Source of the DNA: Octopus vulgaris
Taxonomy: Eukaryota
Direction of reading: 5' to 3'
Assembly: GCA_951406725.2 (NCBI GenBank)
Contig: OX597820.1
Coordinates: forward strand, 23,374,001-23,438,000
DNA length: 64,000 nt
Shown: one piece after another, positions 14,363 through 28,304 of the stretch
How the letters are laid out: each line of letters starts with the position of its first letter
How positions within the stretch are numbered: the first letter of the stretch is position 1
Translations under genes and position numbers: made by a program
Notes under the pieces: model-generated
Told to the model about the DNA's origin: nothing
Databases searched by the model: none
Seen by the model: the letters and a program-made list of their open reading frames with translations, nothing else

Positions 14363-14594
14363 CAGTGGTTCTCAACCATTTTTTGCCTATGGACCCTTTT
14401 GTTTCCTATTTTTTCTCTACTGAACTTCCATAGCCATTCAATTTATATAAAAATAATCCTACTGCATTTTTATAATTAAATATTATTAGGAATTATATTA
14501 AAAAATTAAAATATTTTGTGTATTGTAGAAGTATAAGTAATTTATTACACAAATCTTAACAAAATCTTATATGGACCCCAGTCAAGAGCCACTA
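14363..14594. mobile_element. hAT MITE related to 8554-8878, opposite orientation
   Basis: cagtggttctcaacc...cttatatggacccc...gagccacta; TSD degenerate. Confidence 0.65.
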
Positions 14595-14776
14595 GTCTAG
14601 ATAAAAACTGGTTTGTATTAGAGTGTCAGAAACAAAATTAGCTTATGGGAGGCTTATAACTTTGCATAGGACCCAAGGTGATATTTTTTTAGAAATTTTT
14701 TCAAGAAAAAAAAACAACATATATCATCAAATATAGTAAATTAAATCATCATTAGCATCATTATTACCATTGGCCC

Positions 14777-14975
14777 AAAGGTGGTGAGCACACTGGATGA
14801 AATGTTTAGTGGTATTTTGCCCTTTGCTATGTTCTGAGTTCAAATTCCGCCAAGGTTGACTTTGCTTTTCATCCTTTTGGGGTCGATAAAATGAGTACCA
14901 GTTTAACACTGGGGTTGACGTAATTGACTCATCCCCACCTCCCCCAAGCTGCCATTGTGGCAAAAAATTGAAATA
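14777..14975 (+). mobile_element. tRNA-headed SINE with Nin-like core
   Basis: B box gagttcaaattcc followed by gactttgcttttcatccttttggggtcgataaaatgagtaccag. Confidence 0.72.
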
Positions 14976-15681
14976 ATTATTACCATTGGCCTTGACATAT
15001 TTAAATCATTGTATTTACATGGTTTTAAATTGTATGGCCTTAAACATCTTTACCTCAGTGAGATATTTAAATCATTCATTTCAAGTTTTCTTAATACTTC
15101 TTTGTTCTAAAAGTCTACCACAGTAAAATATTGATGAGTGGTAAAGCTAGATCTCAGGATATTTGGATCTCATAAACAAGATGTCTCAAGATTGAGACAA
15201 AAATGTTATTCTGTAATGCAGATCTTTTCAAAACATGCATATAAATAACCACAGCTCAGATATGATGCTATCTAGGAAGAGATTTCCAGCTTCAATCCCA
15301 CTGTGTAGTACTTGGAGCAAGTATTTTCTTTACGGCCTCAAATCAACCCAAATCTTGTAAGTGAAACTAGCAGATGAAAATTGCAGAAATTCTGCTCAAT
15401 GGACTGTATCTGATCATGGGTGGTTGACTTAATGCTACATGGAAGCTTGTGATTCATGAAAGGATTAACTTATATTCAACCAAATATGCACTTAAATATT
15501 ACTTAAATACAATCTCAAATTAAACACAGGAAGATAAAATTGAAGAAAAAATACTATTCAATCTATCGAGAGTTCAATTTATAAAATGAAAGTGTGAAAG
15601 GCTACAAGAGTAAAACTAATCAATAATAAAAATGTTACACTTGTACATAAAATATTGAGATCAAAATTCAAAAACACATAC

Positions 15682-15862
15682 CATTGAGTTTGTTTTGTGC
15701 TAATACAGCATCTTCTCTGCTTTTAAAGTGTACAAAGGCAAAATCTCGAATTTTTTTTACTCTTTCAATGACATCATCTTTTTTCGTAACCTCCGTAAAA
15801 ACTTTTCGTATTGTATCTTCAGATGTGCTCATCATCAAATTTCTAGCATAGAGTATTTTCAC
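15682..15862 (-). CDS. Internal exon encoding RRM3 of an A1CF/RBM47/RBM46-family (hnRNP R/Q-related) RNA-binding protein
   Basis: Translates [60 protein letters not shown](G), matching the family RRM3 pattern VKILYVRNLM...[18 protein letters not shown]. Acceptor cttctcag|GTG (phase 0), donor G|gtatgt (phase 1), 181 nt. The paralogue cannot be fixed from these exons alone. Confidence 0.93.
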
Positions 15863-18800
15863 CTGAGAAGTAAATAATTTTCACTATATATATATATTTA
15901 TATATTTATTAAGATGTTTTTTTTTTTTAGTTTTGCTTCAATATCATATACAAAACAGAAAGAAACATTTATCTTCCACCAATTATGGTATTTATTTATA
16001 AGCTAGTGGGACTGAAACATTGCAAGTTAAGAAACCGTTGTTAGGTACACAAAAGTGCAAACCTGACACAAAATCACAAGCTTATTGGCCAGTAAGTTTT
16101 CACCTTCCAGGCCTGACCAGCTGTGGTTCTTAGCAACTAGGAAAACAGAAGCTCATCAATAATAGTGACAGTTCTGCTAATAATAAATTACAGAATTGGT
16201 TGATAAATTTATTTCTCATCTTAAACAGTTACTTCAATATTTAGGTTTGAACTTTCACAACAATTGCTCCAATATTTAAATTTGAACAACAGATGCAACC
16301 AATTCCATTGACAACTACAACTGATTGTTGTTTTGACATGAAATATTCTGTTGTAATTGACTTTCCACTAATTACATACTTTCATCTTATAACATTATAA
16401 ACAATTCTAAGGTTTAGATATTCACATCTTACTTTTATATATTATTTCTTATGTATGAAAATTTATTAGTTAAGACAAAGGCATCTTGTATGAAACATTA
16501 AATATCTTTTCTCTCTTTCATTCCTATGGGAGTGGCACACAATATTGTAGGGAAATATACACAAATGTAAATAGTCACTGAGCAGATTTGGTCAGCAATA
16601 AAGCAAGCAAAAGATATGGCACGAAGTACATGTGTCCAAACTAGATATCACATGCTTCATGCAGATTTTCAATAAACTCTGAAAATTATTTCTCCAACTT
16701 GCTGAAAACTTAATTATTAATAGTACACCACTGCTATATTTCTCTTCCTTGGACTGCGGCCTTTCTGGAGCACTGCCTTGAAGAGTTTTTAGTTAAATAA
16801 ATCAACTCCGGTATTAATTTTTTGAGTCTGGTATTTATTTTATCAGCCTCTTTCGTCAAACCACTAAGTTACAAGGATGTAAACAAACCAACACCAGTTG
16901 TCAAGTGGGGGAAGGGGAAACACAAAGACACACAAGTTTCTGTCAACTAAATTCACACACAAGGTTTGGTCAGCCAAGGGCTACAGTAGAAGACATTTGC
17001 CCAAGGTGCTGCACAGTAGAACTGAACCAGAAACTACACAGCTGCTAAGCTGTTACCATTCAATGTTCAGAGTCACACTCTTTGATACAGTGTTAATTAT
17101 TGAATAGACAATAATAAAGCACAAGTGGAGGTTGTCTCTTGAAGCTCATTGGCAAAGTAATAAGTCAGTCTAGAAGGAGTTCTCTGGAAAGTGAGCCAAT
17201 ACATAAGTTTAGTATTTCAAAATTGGTAATTTTACTTTCAAAATATTTTGAAATTTTTAAAATAAATCTAGCCTATTTTATTTTAATCACACGTTCTATA
17301 TCATTAAAATCATATAATCTGAGTGCAAACTTAACAATTGAAAAATTTAGTGATAAGAAAGAAAAAAAGTTCACGTAAGAATTTTGTTATCTAAGTTTTA
17401 GAGTAACATTTTGATTCAGTTTGTAGATATTTCTATAGTACATTGATCATCTTATTTCTTAGAAATGATAATGAAGACCAGATAAGCAATTAAGAATGAC
17501 ACAGCAACCAAACTTAAAAAAAAAGAAAAAAAAAAGAAACGTTTCATCATTTATCAAATATATTTGCTGAGATACAGAACACTTGAAAAAGTGTTATGTG
17601 TATGCACATACACACACAAGGATATATATGCTGAGTAATGCCAATGAATGGGCACCTGTGGCATTTCCTCACAAACTGGACTGTATGCTTACATAACTGA
17701 TGCCTGGCAATGTTGCATAACACATGTACATTAAATAAATCATTAATACTGATGCTTTGTGTGTTCCTTTTATATATATATACATATATATACATATATA
17801 TATATAGATAAAACTTACTTGGAAAAGGATGTGTGGTGTTCGATCATATAATAATATAAATAATATATAAATATATGCATATATACATACATATATGTAC
17901 ATACCTACATATATATGTATATAAACATGCATATATGGGTACAGGACATAAAAAAAAAAGCATTGAACACAATGAGAAACCAAAACATAAAAACAAAAAC
18001 ATAGAAACGAACTTTTTTCGAGCAATGAAAAAATAAACAGAGAAATGAGACATACAACATAAAGAATATTCCCCTTCTTCAGTTGTCCCCGTTTCAACTA
18101 CTCTACATTTCGAAGGCAAGGTTGACACCAGAACCTTAATACTTCATCAGTTATCAACCGACAAATACTAATAGCTAGTTTCATGCCTTTAATGATAAGG
18201 CTAGGAACTTCATATATCGGCGGCACCCACAAGATTTGCGGAGAATTAGGGCTCAAACAAATAATACAGGGTGGATGCATGAACGTAAACTAATTTGAAA
18301 TGATAGATAAAGACAATAAATATAGCCTTGGGGCTAAACATGAGAATGATGGTTTAATGTTTGGGAGAAATCCTCAAATGTATATATAGAACAAAATTAA
18401 GAAGAGAAAAAAAGAAGAGAATTGGGAAGAGAAAAAAAGGTTGACCCACATGCTAGGTGTCGAGTGGTAAAAAGGTAGAAGATAGAAAATCAGTCACTGG
18501 TCACATATGGGTAGCAGATAGAAGGGAAGGAGGAAGAGAGAGTAGCAGAGAGAGAGAGAGAACAGGGGAAGGAAGGGGGAACGTCTACAATTAAGTGTAA
18601 GATGAGAGAGAGGAAGTAGGGAGTTATACATATATATGTATGTATGTATATAAACAAGGTGCTTTTTCAGCTTCCATTTACCAAATCTACTCACAAGGCT
18701 TTGGTCAGACTGAGGCTATAGTACAAGACACATACCCAAGGTGCCATGAAGTGGGGCTGAACCTGGGATCATGGGATTGGAAAACAAACTTCTTATTACT

Positions 18801-21800
18801 CAGCCACACCTGTTCACAAACAAGCATTTTAATGTTCATCTACTGAAGAAACTTTAAATAAGAAAATCCTACATGTAAACAAATATTACTTAACAATAAT
18901 AATAGGCACCATAATAGAATGGTAGACCAGGCCAAAGAACAATACAAGAACAACTTCGGCCATACTGCTACAACAGATACCACATTCATACATATCATAT
19001 TCTCCAAAAATCAAATGGATTCTGGTTAAAAAATGAATGAATAAATTATTTAAAAATATCATAAAACATAACGTGCATTACACCTAACCACAAACTAATA
19101 GCTGGAAGATATTACAATAACACCAGAATAAAAAAAAAAAAGAAAGAAAAAAACCAGCCTCCACTTCACCACATAACTACAAATGAGCAAGCCACAGTAC
19201 GTATTTCAGATAATCAATATAAGGTACAAATTTATGTTCTAAGCCTTATAGATGTTAATTTATATGATAGTGTAAGAGGTACACAGCAATATCCATATAT
19301 TGTGTCAAAGTAACACCTTAATGTGGAATGTTAGCACACTTCACAAATTATTGATGGATATGTGGATGGAAAGTAATGCACTAAATCACCTCAGTGGACA
19401 GGTATCAAATCTTTTGTAATAGTTGACCAATAAACTGATAAAAAGAATTAAATCTTTTAATAACTAGTATGAATTCAGGTAAAATTTTCAGAGCAGTAAT
19501 AAAAATCAACAACAGATTATATAAAGTGTAATAGAGAAGAGTTTCTGAAAGTCAAATTTACATGACACTCCAGCTAGAAATAAATCAGCTACAAATTTTC
19601 TTTGAAGGTTGCTCAAGAAGCATTTGAAATAAACTATGTACATCATCATTTAATGCCTGCTTTCCATGTTGGCATGGGTTGGATGGCTTGGCTGGAGAGC
19701 TGCACCAGATTCCAGTTATGTGTTTTGACTTGGTTTCTATTCCTTAATGCCAACCACTTTATAGAGTGTACTGGGTGCTTTTTATGTGGCACAGGTACAA
19801 GTGGCACCAGCACTGACAGGGTTACCGAGTTATCTGCAAAACAAAAACCCCTTCAGCTGGGAGGGAAGCACAAAGGTGGTTTAGGATATCAATTCCACTG
19901 TAATGGGTGGGCCTTCTTGAGGTACCAGATATCCCAATCCTTTGTCATATATGTATATGCATGTAGATGGATAGATAAAATGACCCTTGGAATCCTGAAA
20001 ACATATTGTTAGGAATTTAGAGACCAATATTGTATTAATGTTATATAATGTTACTGTAAATTTATAATCGTAACAAATGGGGAAATAAAAATTACACTTT
20101 GACTTATAAAAGGATACTGCAATAAAGTATAACCATTGAAGTATTCCAGCTAATTGTGAACAAAGCTTGAAAAGTGGTGTTTTTCAAATTACTTGAAACT
20201 TTTCTTAAGTGAAGTAGTCCTTGTACCTAGTCAATCCTGAAAATCTTAGCTCCAAACACTATATATGGTTCTGATTTTATGGGCATTCAAAGCAAGGGAC
20301 TGAGGTGAATATGAGAATTCTGCTAAATCTGGAGCCAATGGTGTATTTTGATACAGACACTTATGGCAGAGCAGAATTTTATTTTTTGAAGGTCTCAGTT
20401 TTTCTTTCAAATTTGAAGCCATTGTAATCCCTATAAATACCTGCTGTTTATTGATAGAAATTCAGTGGAAGCATTTTGAGGTGAAATCTCCACAACACGT
20501 CTGAATCCAATATAAAAAAAGGGTTTTTTTTAAAATGTTAGTGAGTATGCGATTTAGTTTTGAAACTGCTGCCAACATCACCCTCACATCTCATAACTCT
20601 CTCATCTAGCTCTCTCTTCGAGTTTATCTCTCGTTCTCTACTCCTTTCTATTCTACAAATATCTAAGAGAGAGGGGGAGTGAGGGAAAGAGAGATGGGAA
20701 ATATAGGATTAAAAGCACGGTTTATTAGAATTCCTTCAATTTTGCATGCAATAATCATTATTCTGAATTCCTATTTCTAAATCCAAACAATAACCAAGCT
20801 CTATTCTTTGAACATTCAATCTTAAATGCATCAATATTCAATTATTTCATTCTGTGTAAATTGAAAATTTGAACTTCATCCTATTTTGCATATCAGTTAA
20901 TATTAGTTTCTAAATCAGAACTTGGAAGTATGATAAATAAATAAGTAGTTCAATCAATACTATATGGAACTATTTGAGAAAGGAGCAAATTAATCCATAT
21001 ATCTCTTACAGGAATATTATCTTATCATCATATAATCAATACTCTTTAAGGATTTAGGTATGTTTTTATTTTTCAACTGGAATGTAAATCTCCTGATTTT
21101 GTTTATAGTTATGGATACAGAATTTGCCTATTCCAAATACCATAAGATACCTTTGCACTCGCCAATGAGGGAGCAGCTACTTGTAGCAAGAAATAACAGC
21201 CTATTTCTTCTTCAAATCACAGCCTATATCTTAAAAAAAGGAAGGTTACATCAGATGGAATGAAATTGTCACTGATGTGTTGCCTTTGGTAATATGTCTA
21301 GTCAATCAGTTCTGCCCTGAGGCTAAACAATTTTTAAACGGCCACTAAAATACAATAATAAAGGCACAAATTTGTAAGAGATAAGATTAATTGAATCAGT
21401 CAACTCTTGTATATATAAGATAAATAGTCTATCAATTAGAGTGGGATGAAAGGTAAAGTTAATCTCTAATGGGATTTTAATTCAGGCCATAAGAGAGCAA
21501 ACCCATATACTTTAACCTGTTTAGCTCAGGAGTTATTCATTCTAGCATCCCTTGATTTATAACTTAGAGACAATGTCACAAACCTAGGAAGAGGGTATAG
21601 TTGATTAAGGCCGTCCTCAGTTTTTGAACACTATAGGGACAAAATTTGAACTCAGAGCGGAAAGAGAAATAACTAAATACAGTAACTGTATTTGCTCTCC
21701 ACCTATAAAATGCAACTTTAGATCTAGAACAATTTTCTTTACAAATTTTACAGTAAACATAAAAAATAATTTAAAATCGTATTTACTGTCAACCACAAAA

Positions 21801-22496
21801 ATGTTGGTTTCATTTCCACTAAAACAATACTATTTCCACCTAAAACTATTTTCTGAAAAGATCTCACGATTAAACATTCCTTTCAAAATTTAAGGTCATT
21901 TACTAAGTCAAGCAGAGAGTGCTGTTTTTTTTTTAATTCAAGTTTTGATAAATCAAGTTATTTAATACAAGTGAAGAAAAAAAATTATATTCTTTCTTTC
22001 TTGACCTATATACGATATCAACAGTATGTTGCTCCTACTCAAATCACTCCATTTGACCCATTAATTACAGCTGAAGATAATGTCCAAAGGTTAGAATTCC
22101 TACTCTTTCTTTTGAATCTTCTTCACACACACTTCTATAAATATTTATTGCAGATTGACTTCTAAGGTATATTAGCCTTTTATCAGAAGAAGGAAAAATA
22201 AGTATAAAACAACAAAACTAAAGAAATCTTCCACACAAGGAATATTTAAGAGGTGCTAGCTGATAGAGCCAGTGGCAGGTATTTTCAAACAGTTTGTGTA
22301 TATAATACACAATATTTTCTTAACAATAGGTAATAACACACACACGTGTGTGCACGCACATGCACACTCACAATGGGTAAATAAATTAGGTTATAACAAC
22401 AGATAGCACTATACCAATAAAGACTCATTAGACCCATACATATATAGATTCTTGATGAATATAAAAGGTTTGCAACTCATTTATTTAATATATTTT

Positions 22497-22536
<40 letters not shown>

Positions 22537-22799
22537 CATTGGGGAAATTTCCACAGTGGTCTAATTTTTTTAAATGTGGAAATTTTACATCTACTCATGT
22601 ACATTATTGCTTAACCACTGCTTTGGTAAGTACAGTGTGTCTGCTGAAGAGGGCTAATAATACTGAATCATGAGCAGAGTTGTCTCCTGCATTTGCTGAG
22701 ATAAATAAAATATTGTTAATGTCTTTTCCTCACCACATTATTAGTTTTAATTATCTAATTTATGCCCATTGTACCAATGTTAAGACTAACTGACAACTG

Positions 22800-23620
22800 T
22801 TCCTTAATAAGCTTGTGTGATATATCACAGTAATAGCAGCATTGCAAATGATAATGCTAATAATGATAACAATAATAACAGTGACAACAACAGCTGCCAC
22901 TATCAATATAGTGCTGGTAATAGCTCCAACAGCAACGACTATGGCTATAACAGCACCACCGATGATGTCCCCTAGGCCAGCATTAATGACGCCACCACCA
23001 CCCCCACCACCAGCAAAAGTAGCAGCATCAACATCAACAGAAGCAGCATCGCCAGCAACAATATCTGAAGATACATCTGATGTTCTGGAATCATCTTCAA
23101 GTGGCACCTCTCCAACCACAGGTCCTTGTTCAGGATCCTGAACAGATGACATGCCACATACTTGGCCAGTCATATATGGGGCCTGAAGGTCAAAGGGACT
23201 CCGCATGTAATCTCTTAGAAGATCCTATAAGAAATGGGCCCCGACATCAACAGGAGCAAGCATTGCAAGCTGAGCATAGCTGAATGGGCAAGAATATTAA
23301 AGAACTCCCTTGACTCAGGGAACATCTTAAATTCCAAGATGGAAGTCTCTGGACCCTGCTTATACTTCAGGAAATTCCTACTGAAGTTCTGGAACCCACA
23401 AACCGACCATGTCAACTACGGATAATGGTCTAACAGAGACAATTCCTTGCATTTAACCCTTCTCCTTTGTCTGTGTCTTCAACAAGTAGCTACAAGTTCT
23501 TTTCTCCCTCCAGTTTGAAGAGAGGTAATAGGCTGCCAGCCATTAGGGTCTGAAGAAACGCTGTAAAGCAAAGTGCTGTATGGTCATGAAACCCAGGGTA
23601 ACTCCATAGACTGGCCATAA
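22800..23620 (+). other. GC-richer decayed coding-like island (Thr/Ala/Pro-rich), possibly a retroelement ORF1 remnant
   Basis: Codon-like periodicity, TTTAAT/PPPPPPP low-complexity translation, several stops, no clear splice sites or recognisable domain. Confidence 0.3.
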
Positions 23621-23863
23621 CTATCTTTAAAATATATATATATATATATATATAAACCATGCCAAACTGACCTCGCCTGTGCTTGTGCTACATAAAAAGC
23701 ATTGTCCACTTTGTGGAGTGGTTGGTCTTAGGAAGGGCATCTAGCTGTAAAAACCTGCCAAAACAGACACAGAAGTTTGATGCAGGTTCCTACCTGGCCA
23801 GCTCCTGTGGAACCATCGAACCTGTGCCAGCATGGAAAGAGGACATTATATGATGATGATACA

Positions 23864-24060
23864 CATGAAGGGGTGCTGAAAAGTTTCTGGCTTTACGGGC
23901 CCAACCTTCTGAGTTCTTTTACAAAGATTAGAAAAACTGAAACACCACTGCAATAAGTGTGTAATTCTGTGGGGAGAATATGTTGAATGAAATCATAATT
24001 AACTGACCTTCCGGTATGTTCTTTTACCAAAAGCCAGAATCTTTTCAGCACCTCCTCATG
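23864..24060. mobile_element. Mariner-type MITE
   Basis: ~30-bp TIRs catgaaggggtgctgaaaagtttctggcttt / aaagccagaatcttttcagcacctcctcatg. Confidence 0.72.
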
Positions 24061-24229
24061 TGTGTGTGTATGTATGTGTATATATATATTTATATATATA
24101 CATACTCACACACACACAACCTACAGTAACATTATTTTCATTGGATTTCTTTTTTCCTCAGTGCTAAAATAGACCTTGTTGCATTGTGAATCCATCACAG
24201 AATAGGTTTTGCTGGCCACTGCAATTTAA

Positions 24230-24452
24230 CCCTTTAGCATTTAAACCGGCCATATCCAGCCAAAAGTATTCTGCCTGTTTTATGTTCAAACTGGCCAGAT
24301 CTGGTCTCTCACACCAACCCTACAATATCGTTTTAAAAAATTAACAGCTACCTCATCAAAATCTCACAGCTACAAGATAATGCATGATTAGTTAAAAAAC
24401 AAGGTGGATGAAGAAGCATTAATTTTGGCAGAATAATGCGAACACTAAAGGG
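24230..24452. mobile_element. piggyBac-type MITE
   Basis: TTAA|ccctttag ... ctaaaggg|TTAA. Confidence 0.82.
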
Positions 24453-25519
24453 TTAAACACCAGGCCATATTGGATGTTATATTTTGGAGACATCTGCATC
24501 CTAAGACTACTCAACTAATTTTGATATTATTGGCAGACACCCACAATATGAAACTGGGAATATGCCAAAGCTAATGGGAAAATAGAGACTCCTGGTTTGT
24601 CATGGTAAACAGCATCACAATTATGATTGCTTTAGATATCACCATCTAATAACAAATTTTAAAAAAAATTTGATTTACATATCTGCCTCTTTCCAATCAT
24701 TCTAACAAGACCATTTTAGTATAACTTTATTTGTTATTTAGTTATTTCAGATTTTAAAACAAATTAACAACCTAATCTAATGACTTTTTAAAAATATTTT
24801 CAATAAGAAATTTTCACAAGAAAAATCAATTAAATTTTTTTCTTTTTCCATATTTTTGGTCATTTGATTATTGTAAACATACTGAACATGTTGACAGAAA
24901 AAAACAAAACAAAAGTGCACAAAATCAGTGATGCTCAAACTGACAAATATTAGCATCCCCTTCCTCCCTATATAGAGTTGTGGGAGAGTCTTTATACCAA
25001 CAATAGTCATATACACACATTACTATTGACACAATGACACTCAAAACACAATAAAATTTATTTTAACACATGAATTCCAATCAAGAATCTTGCAAACCAA
25101 ATACAAAAATGAAATTATATATATTAATACACGAGTGACACTGCCAATTTTTAAGCACACACACATCAATTATATAAAATTTTCAGAGATTTGTCAAAAG
25201 AATTTGTCAAAACTCTGCAAGTATTATATACATGTATGTGTGTAGTATATGTAAATTATTTTATCATTCCAGACAGATTATGTTATCTTAACCTAACGAT
25301 ACCAGTTTCTACATGTCCAAACTTTTAACAACATACCAATCTATCAACTGGTACTATTAGATTCTTTTCTTTAGACCTGATAACTTATAATCACATTTAT
25401 CACTAATTCATATCACAAAAATAGTACTTAAAAAAACAGTATGTACACACACACACACAAACATTTATTTATTTAATTTTTTTGCTTGTTTAAGCTAATC
25501 TTTTAAATATAACAAAATA

Positions 25520-26770
25520 CAGGGTGGGACAGAGAGGACAGACAATTTTGAAAAATTCACAAAATCATTAATTTTAGCTGCAAAAAAATTTTATTGAAAT
25601 CAACATATTCATATTGAATTAGCATTTGTTGAAATCAAGTGTGGCAAACAACATCCATTATGTGGTGTGTGTTTTCATTGATGCATTTCTGAAGGCATTC
25701 TTGGAAGTTGACCTCCACTCTCTCCAACATTGCTCTGGGCGACTTCCACGTGAATAGCTTCCTTCAAATCATCCAATGTACAGGGCTTATGCGCATACAC
25801 ACATGCCTTAAGGATTCTCCACAAGAAATAATCACACATGGACAAATGAGGGGACTGAGGGGGCAAAAGAATATCAGCAAACCTGGAAATGAGGCAGTCA
25901 CCGAAGAGAGGGTGAAAAATATTTATTGATGCTTTCACTTGTGTGCTGAAACCACACACGTTGAACAGGCATATATTTTTGTCATAATTCAGGCACAAAG
26001 AAGTTGTTTATCATCTTGATCTAATGCTCAGAGTTCACAGTAACAGCATTTCCATTATTATTTTAAAAAGCACACCAACCATCACATTTGGGCTGTGCAG
26101 TGGTCTTTTGTGCAGTGCTCTCAGATTTTCAAGAGCCCAATAACGACAGTTCTGTTGACTCACCATGCCACTGAGATGAAAATGAGCTTTGCTCATTAAC
26201 AAAATGTGGTTGTCATTTGCCTCAAAAATTGCTTCCATCTGATATGTGAAATTAAACCACTGTGCATAGTACCATGGTTTTAACTGTTGCCCAATGACCA
26301 GTCTGTATGGATGAAAATGCAGGTCTTCATGCAAAATATGCCTTACCAATCAATTACCAAAACCAAGTTCAGTGGAATGCCTTCAAACAGAGCGATTTGG
26401 ACTCCGTATCAAAGCTTGTCTGATGCATTCCACAGCTTCTGGGGTCTGTATCATTTGTGGCATCCCCACCAGTCTCCCATTGGGTGCATTCACCCAAAGT
26501 ATGATTGTGTTACAGGTAGGAACAGACTGAATGTTGAAGTGGTATCAAAACTCACGCTGAACTGTTGTGGCAGACTTGTTATTCTTCATGTAACAGTTGT
26601 AGGCAAACACATGATGCTCTATCATCCACAGTGCCATGGCTTCATTTGAAAAAGAAAAAAAAAATGCTAAGACACCATGGACCAAATGGTACTTGTTGGA
26701 CATATGTCTTTCCCTGCTGGGGCTGAGTAATAGCCATTTCAAAAATGTCTGTCCTCTCTGACTGACCTTG
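25520..26770 (-). mobile_element. Tc1/mariner-superfamily transposon with both ends and a pseudogenised, internally deleted transposase (DUF4817-HTH type)
   Basis: TA-flanked ~35-bp TIRs cagggtgggacagagaggacagacaattttgaaa / tttcaaaaatgtctgtcctctctgactgaccttg. Fragments SATTVQREF, ILHEDLHFHPYRL, AHFHLSGMVSQQNCRYW and PPQSPHLSMCDYFLW (compare WPPRSPDLxPxDxFLW). Confidence 0.9.
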
Positions 26771-27468
26771 TATTTCACCAAACAAAACAAACAAAAAAGA
26801 AAACAATGGTATTTTTGTGCTGACCCAACCAGGAACGTAAATGGTTAAAATGAGTTATATAGAAACGCAATAATGATTGTTATGAACGAGGTAGCCAATG
26901 AGGGAATGGATAAGAAAATCAGCAGTGTTGGACAAAAAGGCACTATTTAGTAATGTTCCTTAATCTTCTGAGTTCAAATCCTACCAAGTTTGACATTGCT
27001 TTTCAGTTTTCTAGGGACAGTAAAATACGCACCAGTTAAGGATTGGTGCTAATCTATCAAAATCTGTGGATTTATGCTTATGTCAAATATCATACATATA
27101 TAATTGTGAAGCCTAAGTTTTATTATAAATTCTGTGCATCGTTTCCTCCAAAAAATCTGAAGCAAAATACCAAACTATAATAATCAACTACCAACACTTT
27201 TGTTGATGTTCAGAACAAAAAAAAAAAAAAAAGATTCAATACAGTTACTTAGCGGTTTGGCAAAAAGAGATCAATAGAATAAGTACTGGGCTTACAAAAG
27301 AATAAGTCCCGGGGTCGAGTTGCTCGATTAAAGGCGGTGCTCCAGCATGGATGCAGTCAAATGACTGAAACAAGTAAAAGAGTAAAGAGTTGCTTGACAT
27401 GCTAAAAGTAGCACATAAATCTCCCTCAAAAATACACCCTATCATCTTACAATTGTACAATGTAGTTC

Positions 27469-27513
<45 letters not shown>

Positions 27514-28263
27514 AAAAAATGAGAGAGAGAAAAAGAGATAGCCACAGCTGAAATGCCTTAGATCATAGGTCTTCTTATTCAGGGATGTCCTAGGATTAAA
27601 CAACATCAGTAAAAAACAACTCCTTGGGCAGCCACACAATGCCTACACATGCACATATATTTAGAATCACAACAGAATAAGAATCAACCAGCATAAATGA
27701 AAATCTGGCTCAGTTAGCATATTCTGTGTTTACTCATAACTAATTTTCATGTTCTGAGTTTGAATAGAAGTTGACTTCACTTTTCATCCTTTTGAAGTTG
27801 ATAAAATAAGGACCAGTCAAGTACTAGTGTACTCCCCCAAAATTTCAGGACTAGGACCTACATTAGAAAGGATTATTATTAATTTTTGCTTTTTAGGTTT
27901 CTGTTGATTATAAATAATTTCGTACATATTTTACATCTAACTACATGAACTATGCTTACTCTTTCAGACAAATTCCCTCCCTCAGTAATTTATAACTTAT
28001 AAATAAATGTTTATCTTTTAGAACAGGTCATTTAATTCTGTCAATTCTATTCATTAAAATTTTGTCATGCACAAAAACAAATTTTATCTTTCTTTTCTTT
28101 CCTTATCATAAGCATTTTGCAGTTTATCTTCACAAAGCAAGTCCATATAGGCTAGTTTAATTTTAGCTTCTCTGTTCAATAAGGTGAGCATGAATAGAAA
28201 TTAAAACATTCAAGAATAAGAGTTTCCAACTTTTTTCTTTGTATGTGTTCAAAATTTCCCCAA

Positions 28264-28304
28264 AACACCTGATGAAAGCTGGAGAGTATATCAGCCGAAA
28301 CGTG
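28264..28304 (+). ncRNA. Degenerate minimal hammerhead ribozyme motif (Penelope-like terminal repeat remnant)
   Basis: AACAC-CTGATGA-aa-GCTG(gagagtatat)CAGC-c-GAAA-CGTG. Cores and stem II are intact; the cleavage triplet and 3' stem I are damaged. Confidence 0.5.

Noticed and set aside
18060-18120. Possible permuted hammerhead on the minus strand (GAAA...CTGAAGA)
   Set aside because: Stem I cannot form adjacent to a cleavage triplet; at most a decayed Penelope-like remnant.
22023-22092. Possible plus-strand exon YVAPTQITPFDPLITAEDNVQR
   Set aside because: Weak splice signals, no homology and no partner exons.
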